Below are positions 25,509-42,600 of a stretch of 64,000 nt of DNA, in pieces. The translations under genes were made by a program, and so were the position numbers. How positions within the stretch are numbered: the stretch's first letter is position 1; the number at the start of each line of letters is the position of its first letter. This DNA comes from Oikopleura dioica (taxonomy: Eukaryota > Animalia > Chordata). Under the pieces are notes generated by a model. The model did not search any database and was not told the DNA's origin. It saw only the letters and a list, made by a program, of their open reading frames with translations. The stretch is taken from contig OU015568.1 of NCBI GenBank assembly GCA_907165135.1, forward strand, positions 14,012,001 through 14,076,000, given 5' to 3'.

Positions 25509-27995
25509 TCAAGAAAAACTCTCCGATGGCAAATAATGAACTAGAACTGGTTCCATTTTAATTCTCCCAGTCTCCTCCGAATTGTCAACTCTGTCATCGT
25601 CTGCCAGCGATTGATCCAACTGGAAGCTGTCTCTATCACTCAGATAGTCCATCAAGCTGCTACCGATAGCTTTAACGATAAATATTACTCCTCTGATACG
25701 AATTAAAGAGAACAAACAATTCGGCACGTACCTTCAATCAGTTCAAAATCGTATGGAATTCGTTCTGTCAGCTCGTCTTCAGTGGGACGGATATCATGGA
25801 GGAGTTTTGAGTACTTAAAATTGTCGAAAATTCGAATAGTTTGAAACTCGATAACTGGATTAATCGATTCTGATGAACACAATTTTATCAGTAAGAAGAT
25901 TTCCGGTAGAACTGATCAAGGTCACAAAACTTATGAATGCTAACAGTAGCTCATCCGCAAAAGTCGCGAAAATAAACAGTAAATAGATACCAGTCTTTGG
26001 ACAGATTGCTTCTTGAATGGAGGCATTTCAAATTTGTCACCTTGAATAACACCGTAACTTTTTGTTTGTACTCATGGGCTGATTTCTTGACAATTTCCTG
26101 ATCACCCCTTCGTCGGATAATGTCATTTTCGGAACTTATCATGCTCTTGATAATTTCCATGAACTTGAGAGGCCATAGTGACGGTAAATCTCCTTGAGCC
26201 AAATTTTCAAATGCTAAAATTGCAGATTTTCGAATTTCGGATTGTTTTGCTTCGAGAATTATTTCTCCGAGTTCGTGCAGCAAAACTGCTTGGCAAAATG
26301 CATTTCCATCTTTATTCAATTCTTTCTCGATGAATTCAAAGGATCGTCTATCTTCTCGTGCTGACTTTGCAATCAAGACTAAACTGACAAGGAATCTCGC
26401 ATGGAGGAAGCACGCCTGATGTAAATGCCTAGGAGACCTTCCTGAAAAACTTTTCCAGGCGGTTAAGCTCCGCCAGAGAAATGTCACTCAGGTCCGGACG
26501 GTCTGGTGCAGCCGAGTTTAAAAGGCAGAGACACTTGTATAAAGGAAGCGTTATGGGAAAAGACATCATTCCAAAAATTATCTCGCAGCTTTGGGCCATC
26601 GTTGAAATTGTCAATTCTGAAAAGTAAACTTGTTTGACTGAAAATGTGTTTGGTTAGTGCAGAAAGCCTGTATTTTAACTTTAGCTGTCTCAGCAGAGCC
26701 GATTCGGCGCAGCGGGAAACATTACAATCAGTATCCAAGATCTTGACTAAATCGCTAAGATTCTTGAACAGAGGGCGCCCTCTTTTGACTGCACAGGTGA
26801 TAAAAAATGTCGAAGGCAGAATTTTTGCCTCAGAAATTCAATATTTCACAAAATGAATCTAATTTCAGTATGTCTCGATCAACGTTATTAATATGAGTAA
26901 GCCTCTGAAATGTGATTTAAAATGAAACAAAAAAAATTGCAGAAATCTCTCGACCGTTAAAAATTATCTGAACCTTCAACGGTCTGTTCTTTTATTGAAT
27001 AAAATATGACTGATTTCATAGTCAAAATATGCATTATTCTCGTTATTGTCATCAGTACCTGTAAAAGGAACTGATTTGTAGCGGATTTTCAGTTTCTCCG
27101 GTAAGTCTTTGTACTTTTGCCATGTTTCAGCAGTCCCGATCTGTATGTCTTCAGTAAGAACGAGTTTGAGAAGCTTTAGCGAAATTTGTTGAGCGATTTG
27201 AACAGTCATCAACTCAGCCGTTGTAAAGTTCTCCTCTTCCGTGACTTGAGCTTTTCCGCGTTTTTTTGATGTTTTTTAGTAATTCAATTCGTTTATAAAA
27301 ACCAGCCCTAGCGAAAATAGGCAACTCTCTAACACGAAAATCAGCGCTCTCGTGTGCTGCGTCGTTACTCTAAAAATAATTGAACCTCAAGCCTTAATAA
27401 CTGTATCTCACTTGGTGGTTTTTATGGAGGAGTACAGTAGGTCGAGACACTTGTCGCGCTCAGGTGTTCGGGTCAGGAGGATCAAGCGACACCATCTCCA
27501 GCTCGGATACTGATTGATGTTTTACCCACGTGACTAAAATTAGCGATAAAATTTGTCAGTTTGCCAATGTTTTTTCTATTACAATCCAAATCATTATCCG
27601 ATCCTTAGCGCCTTGCTAACAACTTCTTCATCCAACAATTTGCACAAATGTCGATAGTCCTTTTCTGTCGCTTTATTCTGCTGGAAACGAGTGACTTTTC
27701 AAGGCTTTCTAACTTGAGCGCGCGGAGGAGAATCTCTGTGAATTTGCATAATTAGTCTTGAGAAAGGGTGACACTGATAGTATCAAGTTCTTTTTGCTTG
27801 ATTTTGTGAATTTCTAAAATTTAGATTTGATTATCAAAGATTCATCACCATTAACGAAGCCTTTACTAAACGCTCGCACTTTTCAAAGTCGGAAAGGGAT
27901 TTTTGCTGATGTTCGGGCTGAAATAACTTTTTGCGCTGCTCGGTCGCGAATATTCCAAGAAAAGTGGGGATGATTTCTTTGTATACAACTGGCAT
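25509..27995 (-). CDS. Multi-exon uncharacterised protein, probably alpha-helical repeat (HEAT/ARM-like)
   Basis: Starts MPVVYKEIIPTFLGIFATEQRKKLF at 27995. Long Leu-rich helical ORFs at 26976-27212, 26484-26800 and 25951-26487 (LLHELGEIILEAKQSEIRKSAILAFENLA). The last exon ends ...VHYLPSESFS* at 25509. Some frame changes could not be assigned to introns. Confidence 0.5.
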
Positions 27996-28044
27996 GTTTC
28001 TCTACTTTCTCGACGTGACTAAGTCGTTTCTCGAGGACATCTAC

Positions 28045-28058
28045 GTTGCCAGGGCAAC
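28045..28058. promoter_or_regulatory. RFX-binding X-box-like palindrome GTTGCCAGGGCAAC
   Basis: Differs by one base from the perfect X-box GTTGCCATGGCAAC and lies 50 nt upstream of the ATG at 27995. Confidence 0.55.
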
Positions 28059-31000
28059 AGCACGTTCTCTCCAAGTTCTACTTAGGTGTGAAGATTGTGA
28101 TTAAAATGCGGCATCTCAAGCTCAAATTTATTCAGCTTCAAAGACGTTTTTGTTTTTTTCAACTGCTTATTTGATGGCAATTTGAAAGTGTCCGGAACAA
28201 ACGAATCGATTGCGTTCTAATTGATTGCTTCTTTATTATTTGCTTATTAAACAGTAAATATACAGTACGGAATTGTTTCAGTAATACCAGCGAATAACGT
28301 TGCTTCCTTGATATCACCCTGTAGACTGTTGATAACAAGCACTGATAAGAGTGCTGAACAGGGTTCAATACTTGAAGGAAGCTCCAGCCAAAAATGCTTT
28401 TTCTAGCCAAAAAAAAGCTGTTCATTTTTGTTCCTTCTTCTTTCGAACAATGGGCAGTTGTTCGACTGACAGAAAAAGAAAAGTAGGGATGAAAGTTGAA
28501 AGTCAGCAGAACATGCGAAAACGGTGTTGGTTGTCAAGGGCGACATTAGCGCATTGTGTGTCTCTGCCTCTGCTGCTGATGGAAGGACACTACTGTAACC
28601 ATTTAGAAGCGCCTCCCACAACAACTTGCTACTTCTACCAATTTATACATCTTGAGAGATTGCTGCAAGATCGCCGGTTCAAGAGATTAAAAGATTGCTT
28701 CATTAGTTATCTCCATGCAGCGCCAACAAACTGTAAAAGCACTGTACACTTTGCGTTGACATCTATTTGACCAGTTTTATGGGCGCAATGATTACCGCCA
28801 TAACCACGGCTAGATCCTTAAGAATCGCAAAAGAAGCTCACCCCAAACATTCATTTTCCGAAGAGATCGTTAATTAACCTTTACCCTCGGATAATCCAGT
28901 GAGAAAACACTATACTTGACATTAATCTCGCTACAAAAGAGAAGCGCCGGGAACAAAAGAAGGTATTACAGTAACAACGAACGAAAGTTTACTCGAGGAA
29001 TTTTCAAAAACGTTGCTTTTGACTTTCGCATTTTAGAAAATTCGCAAACTTGGGGAAATTTGTTCGCGAATATTTTTCACGATGACTTGAAAATTGCCAA
29101 CAGTTATCATCAGAAAATGTATTTAAGATTATTTTGATCATATAAAAAGCTTCCTAAAACTAAAAAAAAACTTGGAATATTTTTTCACGAAAAATGATGA
29201 CCTAAGCATTTTACGACGTAAAAAGGTCTTGTTTGCTTTCTTTCAGAAGATCTCCCTAAATTTGACGTAAGTCAAAGTTCAATCTTTCAAAATCATCTTC
29301 AACCAGCATTTTCCCCACTGTAACTGTCCGTAAATGTCTCATGAACTCTTCATAAAATCGCCCACCTAATGAATTATAATGGCCTTTGAATCAATTTTGC
29401 CCAAGTTGACTTTTCACGGGTGATGAGAAAGAACGTCTATCTCCCCGGATCTCAAAGAAACTATCAATGATCAGCGAATTCAGGGCGGAAATCATGATTC
29501 CCTCTGTTTGCTTATGCATTGAGAACTCCGTGCTCTCTTTGTCCGAGCGCAAATAGCGTAATTTTTAAGTTCGTATAAAGTCGTTACAATCGCCAAATAT
29601 ACAGAGACGATGATTTTTATAAAGAAATTCTAACAAGCGAGGGCAATTAAAAGGAACTTATCGAAGCGATGAGCTGACTCTAAGCGACCGCGAATTGCTA
29701 CGCCTTATCAAATTAAATACGTAAGGCGATCGTGAAAGAAAGGAACTAATGATCGAGCCAAATGACAGATTTTGAACGTTTCTTCGTCATTGATGAACGT
29801 AGAAGATTTTTAATCAAATTTTTATAGAAAAAATTTCGGCAAATTTGACAAGATGCTTTTTTACTAAGAATTTTTTGCCATGTTTTTTGCGGTGAATCAA
29901 GAAAGTACTGAGCAACTGTAACTCGCGTGAGAGTTTATTTAGCACCTGTCAGGATGCAAATGTTTGCTCAACGTGTTTTCCTCTTTCCACTTCGGCGCTG
30001 GCAAACTTTGTTCCTGTCAAGTTCTGCCCCTCTGAACAAAGTATATCTTTGAACGTTTATCTAAACCGGCGGTGCGGTGCTACTCAGATAAATCCAACTT
30101 TTCTGCTGAATGAAATTTCCGTTTCAAAAAGTTCATGGAAGAAAAAACGTGTTCAAAAGGTCGATGAAATTTAATTGAACTATCGTTGCCCTTTCCTTAT
30201 TTTACGACTTATTTTCTAGTATTCGCTTCTCCAACAACCGACCTCCAGTTCCTTCTCGTTCGGAGCTGGTGTCAAAGATCGAGCCCGCAAGAATTTATGC
30301 CGCGTCTCAGAAATCCCCTTTAATTTGCATTTGCCCCTAGAAATGTAGCGAGTGTGCTCTTACTCTCATAACTTCTGGGATAATGGTCACTCAAAATTTG
30401 CGAGTCACTGGGGACCCTCTAAGGGCATTCTAAGTATAATTCGTGCGGACTTATTTTTTAATTGAGACGCCTAAATATAAAGATTGAATTGAAATTGCGT
30501 TTGATTCATTCTGGAAGAGAGTACTATTTGTACACGTCTAAAGAAATGTCGCCAAAGGTTGTCCAAAATAGAAGAAAAGGCAAGGGCGATCATTTCTAAC
30601 TCCTCGCTGCTGGATTAGCTCGAATCTAAATTCCAAAGGGCGCAAAGAGTGAAACTGATTTGATCCGCGTTACTTCCAAAGAATTCAAAATTACCTCGAA
30701 ATTAATTCAAATCCTCAATTTGATTGTCATTTTCGGGTCTTTTTTATTCAAAAATTTTAAGAAAAAAAATCATTTTCTGCAATTCTTTTCATTTGATATT
30801 CTGGCCAATAAGAATGCTCGCTGATTGGGAATAGCGCCACCTATTATTTACGATTTTTATTTTGACCAACACGGTTGTTTTTCTTTGATAGATTAGTTAG
30901 ACGTTAGCCCAGGCACTTCTGAAAATGCAGTTTTAGAAATATAACGTTTCGCTGGGTTATTAGAGAAACACGATAAAACACGTGTTACGTAACTTTCCCA

Positions 31001-31581
31001 AATCCTCGGAAAAAAATCATCGCGGCGGCTGCAAAGCGCTTGATGAGTTTTAACATGGCGACGCACATTAGCATGCAAAAAATGTGGACCGGAAGGAGCC
31101 GCCGAATGTTAACAACCCCTTTCTGCTCTAACTTTGAAAAATCCATTCTTCGCCATGTCACCTGTGGAACTGAAAGTTCTTGCTCGCTCAAGTCTGTTGT
31201 CGCTAGAATCTTTTTGATCAGCGATCGGAATTTATCGGCGACTTTTTATGCAGCTTTCTTTTTTTGCTGAATGAATTTTCTCTAGGGGTAGAAATTCGAC
31301 CGTAAGATCCCATTTTGAGCCAAAATGAACTTAAATCAACCCCGTTTCTGGACAAAAAATCTATCTCCTTTGAAAGCATGTTCATTAGAAATCAGCAGCG
31401 GACAGTAATTATGGTTGCAGTGTGGTAATTTATCGCAGCGCGCTTAGACTGTAATCACCATTCGCGCGCCCGTCACTAATCAATTCTAAAAACAACAAAT
31501 TGTGTCAATATTGCAGAAACACCCGCTTCCGCTCTGAACTTGTTCTAAATTTAGACTTGTTCTAAGAACGGCGTGAAAAGT

Positions 31582-35496
<3,915 letters not shown>

Positions 35497-36801
35497 ACAG
35501 CATACTGTACCGTGGACCGAAGATCTATTTATATAGAAACCGAAAATATATTTTTATATAAAAAAAATAAGAAAATTCGACTTTTCCAAAATTCGAAATC
35601 GATTTCTAAAAATATCTAAACCAAAGAAAAATTAAAAATCTCGTTGCGAGAATTCGATATTTTATAATCTGTTAATCTAAGATCACGTTCAAATATCTCA
35701 TCGTTCAATACTCAAGTTTCTAATACCTAATCAATTAGCTCCGTCATCAAAATTCGATCTTTCAAATTTCCGAAAACCGAATCTATCTGACTCGAAATGA
35801 AAATATGTGAAAATGTGTTTATCTTGGTTTGGTAAGGTAATCCAATCAAACGTGTGATTTTGAGGTTTTGCGAAAACGTGTTCCATCTTTCTACTGTTTT
35901 TTCCTGAATTTAAAGAAGCTTCTAGCGACAATTTGGCACCCGAAATGACGCAAAAGAAAGGGATGATCCGTTCAATTAACATAAAGATATGGTCAGAGGG
36001 AATTTATTTTTAGAATCATTGAATCAACAATCGCGTAACGCTGTGGACGCCTTGGTTAGACTTTAGAAATCAATTGAGTTGACAAACAGCAGTAAACATT
36101 TACCCTTTTTCGTTCCATCGATACGTTTTTGGCTGACAATAATTGGGTTTCATTGCGTCATCAAAGAAACATCAATCTCAATACGATCTTCAAAAAGAGT
36201 TACAAGAGTTGACGCCCTTAATTTTTTTCGAATCAAAAGAGAAATTCGAAAAAAAATCAAAGTACTCTTGCTTGAAATAAGTTTTATTTAGGGACCTGAA
36301 AATCAAGTAATTGAAAAACATGAACTTTTTGGAACTGAGAAAACTGGACTTGTAGATCCTATTTTGGGCCCGCACCCTTCTTCGAAAAAAAATACAATAT
36401 TTAGAAGTTTCTAACACCTCCTTCAAATCGGATCTGAATTGAAAGGCGCCGTCGTCACCAGCGTTTTTCGCTGTCATTATACTGAATAAAACAAAACCGC
36501 GCATTTCATAAGCTCGCTTAGGTCAACCCAATGTCAACAGCGAAATGAACCCAGAAATGGATGAATTTACATTCGCGTGCTTCCAGTTTCTAAAATTATG
36601 GAACGGTTGGATAACAAGTATACTTTGCTCGTGAGCTCTTGTTCGTTGAGTTGGCGACATCCGTTGAGGTTTGTCCAAAATGGAGAAATATGCAGTGAGC
36701 TGCTAGTCAACGTGCCTCGCTCAACATTCTTAAAAAGGCAATTATTTTTCATCAAATGCTATTTTACAGACTCTAGGACGCCCTGACTTTTCCTCGGTTA
36801 C

Positions 36802-37011
36802 GTAGAAAGCCTGAGTCAGATTCTGAAAGAGCTTGAATGGAACGCCGCGTAGCGGCTTTTTTTAGAACGAAGCCGCAAAGCGGCTTCGCAAATACTACCA
36901 TCTTAATCCATTTAAAAATTTTTGCGAAGCCGCTTCGCGGCTTCGTTTAAAAAAAAACCGCTGCGCGGCTTTTCATTCAAGCTCTTTTAGAACTTGGCTC
37001 AGGTTTTCTAC
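36802..37011. mobile_element. 210-bp foldback/MITE-like element: about 91-bp imperfect inverted arms around a 28-bp spacer
   Basis: The left arm GTAGAAAGCCTGAGTCAGATTCTGAAAGAGCTTGAATGG...GCGGCTTCGCAAA (36802-36892) is the reverse complement, with scattered mismatches, of 36921-37011. TA lies at both ends. No ORF. Confidence 0.8.
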
Positions 37012-39679
37012 AAAGTTTTTCGAGTCCAGGCTGTGGCAACTCAGCAAATGGACTAACCTCCTAGTCGCCCTTCATTTCAAATTGTCACGCATTGGCAAAT
37101 TCGCAATTACAGTCGCTTGATAGACGTCACGGGTGTTTTCACTGGCGAAGTACTCTAATCAGGTTATTTTGACGATGTCTCGAGCTCCCAGCAACGTTCG
37201 CGTCTGCTCCCGCTAATCAAATCATTACTTTCGAAGCTTGAACATGATTAAGCTCATTTCCTTGCAGAAGAAATCTTTGTTGTTTCCTTCCTTTTTGGTA
37301 TTTTTGTTTGGCGAGTTTAGAGCACTAATGCTTTCACAACAACCCAGCTTGGGTTTTTGGCCAACCTTTTCTCCGTGAACGATTTTGGCTCCAAATCGAC
37401 AATGTTTAAAAATCGGTTAGAATTTAACATTTTTCACCGATTGATAATTATCCTGTGATTAAAACCGCTGAGTCCGCGGCAGTTCTTCTATTTACATTAT
37501 CTTTCTTTACTGAAAACAGAAGCTTGTGATTGCTGAAAACATTCATCTATAAGCTGATCTCATTGATAATGATTATCCTACAAATGTTGTTTTACAACGT
37601 CACTTTTAAACAAACGGAATATGCTCTTGAGTCCCTTAATTGCTGTTTGACATGAACCACTGCTATCAGAGCCCTCTAAAATCTTTTAGGAATATGTAAT
37701 ACTGCAAAGCACCTTTCATAATAATCGTAGCTTTGTTATGTTATCTACCACGGATCACTCGATTATCTGGACAGTACTGAAGGTCCCTGAATACCAACAT
37801 GAAAAAAAAACAATTTTAAATTATTAATAAAAAAAAGTTTTTCTTTAAAAAATATTTTCTTAAATTTCGAGTTTATTAACCAATTTTATTGAAAAATCAT
37901 CAAAAGACAATCAATTGTTAATTGAAAATAAAATCTTTAGATAAAGTTGTTTTGTTTTATTTTGTTGTGTTTGGCGGAGAACAATTGGTGCGCGGTAAGC
38001 CTGGGTGCTGTGGCTCTTTGGTCCTCCAATTTGCGAGATGGTGCTCCGAGGCGCCTCAGCACCGCGCGGCTCCTAAGGGTTAGCACCACCACCACCAACG
38101 TCAATATCGCCAAAGCGAATATTTTTCCGTACTACTATGAGTCTGTAAATAATATCATAATAGCAATTCATGAACTAAACAGTCACTAATTGACGGCTGT
38201 TTTTTTTTATTGACTAAAAACAATTATTATCAAAAGAGAGTAAAAAGAAGAAAGAGATAAAAAAAGAAGATTGAAAGAAAATTAATGATTAAAACGGTAT
38301 GAATTGATTTTGAAGGAAAAATGAATAGATTTGTTGATAAAAGATTCGCTCTTCTTTTTTGGTAAAATAAAAGGTGATTTCTATAAATCAGTTTTCAGGA
38401 AAATCAAAGGTCGATTTTCATACCAACTCGGCAAGTTCAAAGATCACTCGAAAATTAAATTTTCACAGGGAAAAGGGGAGAGTGGTCGCTGCGCTCGGTT
38501 TTACGCGACCTCGTAAAAGGTCACGTTCTTCTTTCCAAAAAATATAATTTAGACTTTCGAGGCCAATGAAAGCGCCGAACATAAGTTCGAACAACTCTTG
38601 CACGTTTTAAAGTGGTGCTGGTACTAAGTGTAGTGACATTTCGTAATCGCATTTTGGACTGGCACACGTTGAGCTCCCGCTGGTTTTAATTCAATACACA
38701 ACAGACATATTGAGCCCATATCATCTTGTTACTCCTTGGACTTTGTGATATTGCCATTATCAATTATTATTTCTACGTGGGAGGAGCTTCTTGGAAGATA
38801 TTTTGATGTTGATGTTTTATAATATTTTCACAATATTAATACTGAATTTTATTTTTAAAAAATTGAATAAAAGATAATCTAACAAGAGTAGACTATTAAT
38901 ACTCTTGAAATATCTAAAATATTATATCTTTGAAAATAATAAAATCTTTATTATTTTGAAGGTTTTGAATTGAAGGTTTTAATTTCTTATTACTAAAATT
39001 CATTGCAGCAAAAAACTTCTACGAAAGAAACCCGTTTGCAAAAATGCTCTTTTGAATAAGATTTGACCATGAGAACCCAGGAAAAAACTCCTAGTACCTA
39101 GTCGTTCCTCCCTAGTTATGTCATTAGGCTGGTAAACAAGAAGCTCCTCCATTTCTTCCCGACCAATTTGAAGAATCTCTTTCTAAGAAGACTTCTAGCT
39201 AATTTCTATTTATCGATAATGAAAGAATTTCATAATTCCTAGATCTATTGCTTCCTAGTAGTGGCGCCTCGCATTCAAATTTTGCGGTTCTGAAATTTTC
39301 TCTTTTCAAGATATGCAGAAAAGACTTGAAACTAGGTGAAAACGTGTCGACATTGTCCTTTTTCACCTGTACGCCTTTTTATGAAATTCATAAGAATCCA
39401 GCTGGCTGTCGATTTTTTCATTTAAAATACAGATCTTGCAACTGGACAGTTAGAATAAATTGGAAGAATTGGCCTTTCCGAGTGCACCAATCATCCCAGA
39501 TAAATTTCGGTCGCTTCGATAAGAAAAATATATTTATTATCACGGGGTTCATTTTTAGTTATGTTTGGGGCTCCAGCGAGCTCTATAATGATAAGAAATT
39601 AACACAAATATAGTCGGCTTTAGATCCATAGTCTGAAAAAGAGCTTATTAGCAGTTCCGGCACGCGTGGGAAAGTACTC

Positions 39680-42600
39680 ATGTGAGTGATCTTGAGCTTG
39701 TTAAACAGGCAGGCTTTGAAATTGACCAAAAACAAAACCAAACAAATTCGTGTGCGATTTTCAGAAATCAAACTTGTACGCCGCGTTTTTTTCTGTTCTA
39801 TAAAATTTATTAGTTTTCGCTAAAATCTTTCAGGGCCGGCTTTTGCCGAGCCTACTGTTTCTCTGGCTCCGTCCGCCCGAAATACAAGCATTTGATGGGC
39901 AGCCATTAACGAGTTGGGCTGAATGGAGCGAATGGTCCCAGTGTGACAGATCATGCGGAAGTGGGTTAAGATCGCGAGTACGTCAGTGCTTGAACGGCTT
40001 CCCCGGAGAAGACGGCTGCCAAGGTGCGAATTCCGAGAATGGACACTGCATGTTAGCCGAATCTTGCAAAACTTGCGCCTTCTCGAGTTGGAGTTTCGGA
40101 GAAGAAGGAGCGCCCAAAACGCAACTGCTAAAGAGCACGATTTCTTCAGAAAAACAAGAAGTTGTCGGAGACTTTTCCTTTTGCGCCCGAATCAGTCCAA
40201 CAGCGGATGAACTCTTTGGAAGCCTTGGTGTGTATTCTAATCCCGGAACCAAGGAGCATGTTGTGATCGTATCTGTCCGCCCAGAGCGCAACACAGGCGG
40301 GTCAAAGTTCGAGGTACTCTTGGACGGCGACATGAACGTCTACATTTCGGAACAGGCGGCGGAAACTGGATGGATCTGCCTCATCAGAAATGGCGCCAAA
40401 GCAACTTTGCGGTACAATGAAGAGGCGCTGGACGTCATTACGAATCCATCTTCTGGATCGAGTATCAAGACCGGCGGGGAACTAGTTTCTGGTCAAGGCT
40501 TCCAAGGAACACTCGAGGACGTCTTCATGGTCAACTTCGCCGTAGATTATGAGTCGCTCGAGGAATCAGAGCGCTGCTTTGAAGAGGGTCAACTCTTCGC
40601 TGCGCTGCGAATGGAGGACCTAGTCACGAGTTTGGGAGATGTCAATTTCAACGAACGTAAGTCAACAGCACTTGAATTTTACCCCGACACCTCTCTAGAA
40701 AAGTTCGAGTTTCATCCTCCCGCTTCTTCCTAACCAATAATCATGTAATTTAGCGTACTTGCTTGAACCAATTCTTTTTTTTCTATTTTTCTTATCAAAA
40801 ATGAAAATCATTCCTAGAATGGGCTCAATGGGCCGACTGGGGCGAATGCTCAAAAACCTGTGATGGTGGCGAGCGTTTCCGTATCCGCAAATGCATCGGA
40901 AGAGATCCAGGAGAAGGTGGATGCTCAGAAGGCCGATTTTGGGAACAAGAGCCTTGTCAAACTCAACAGTGCCCTGCCGGCTGGCGTGAATGGAGCGAGT
41001 GGTCGAAATGCTCAAGCAGCTGTGGAGAAGGCGTGAAAACTCGCGTGCGAGAATGCAAAGGTAACGAGTGCTCCTGTGAAACCCCGCGTAAGAGTCGCTT
41101 TATTTCGTAAAACGGGGCACTTTGCTAAAAAGCCAACGAAAATGGTTCAAATTAGCGGCGAAATTGAAAATTTCCATATCGGTAATTTTTGATTTTTTGT
41201 CTTTCGCTTACCGAGCATTCTGGATAATGAAAAAACCGTTCAGGTTCAAGATGCAATGACGGAGATACAACTGATACTCAAGCGTGTACTCCAACTTCAA
41301 TCGACCAAAAGGATGTTTTTACTCAAACTGGGAATTTCCAGATGAGCTTTCTATCTCCAACTACGTTCTTTTGAAGAAACAGTTGCCAAACATGGCTGAA
41401 GCAACCTTCTGCTACTGGCTGAAGAGCGGCCATGATGGTGTTAATGGGACAATCTTCTCATACGCCCACGGGGAGCAATTCACCGGCAATTCGTTTGCGG
41501 TCATGGGCTCGACAACACCCGAACTGGGTCTGAAATTCTTTGCGTTCAGGTAAAAATAGCAGCTCTATTTGCTCAATGCTCTTGATATTCTCGACCATTT
41601 TGAGACGATTAAAAATATTCGCCGAGAATTTATTTTCATAACTTCAAACCTGAGATTTTCTTTGCTCTTTCAATAAAATATTCAACATTCAATTTTAGAA
41701 AAGACGAGCGACTGATCATAGACAACGATTTCACCACCGCAGGGGAACCTCAACTTCAATGCTTTGTGCTCCACCGTAATTCAGCAAGGGTCGGAATGAT
41801 GGATTTTTACGTTGATGGAAAATTCAAGAACTCGACGGTTCTTCAAACTGGAGATTTGTACATGATCGAAGAAGGGGGAGAACTTGTAGTGGGACAGGAT
41901 CAGGACTGTATGCTTGGCTGTTATCAGGTAAGATACTGGCAATCACCATTTTTGATGACTTAGAGATGTGAATTACCGTCTAATTGCCCGTTATTATTAA
42001 ATTTTAAGGCCGAACAAGCAATGACCGGGAATGTTCTTGACTTCTCGATCTGGGACGCGGCGTTGAGCGAAACGGAAATGGCGGCAATGTCGGAAGCTGG
42101 TTTCCCATCGATCGCGCGACAGCCGTTCGTCACTTTGAATAAAGAGAACTCGGAGCGATACGGGCGCATTTCCTACGTCGCACAATGGGCCGAGTGGAAC
42201 GACTGGACAAAGTGCTCCGTCACGTGTCAATCCGGCTTGCGGACAAGGTCACGTGTGTGCTATGGTGGCAGAGCAGGCGACTACGGCTGCGACGGGGATG
42301 AATTGGAAACAAAGGGATGCTACCAGGGGATCTGCGAGGCAATCGTGGAGGAATGCTCCCAATCGACGTGGAATCTTTCGCCTGGCGGGAGTGCTTCTTT
42401 CAAGGTAACAAACAATCGCTCTTTTGGCCGCATCTGCTGTCATGAAGTTTTAACAAGGATTGTTAGAGCTTGTTACAGGAGGCTGTTCCCTGTAAGAAAA
42501 CATTAAAACATCAGTAATTCCAAAACATTGGTTTTCTAAATCCTTATGCAAAAAAAAAGTTTTCATTTATCTCCTGCGAATAGCTGGGGAGATACGTGGT

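Noticed and set aside
29900-31300. Possible minus-strand exons head-to-head with tektin
   Set aside because: I could not join the fragments in phase, and there is no recognisable domain.
31307-31319. ATCCCATTTTGAG resembling part of the Oikopleura spliced-leader sequence as I recall it
   Set aside because: The match is about 13 nt, with no following leader sequence, GT donor or Sm site. Probably chance.
37200-39330. Scattered minus-strand coding-like pieces (e.g. LARSLLRKEILQIGREEMEELLVYQPNDITREERL)
   Set aside because: May be a real small gene, but no consistent start, splice path or stop could be established.
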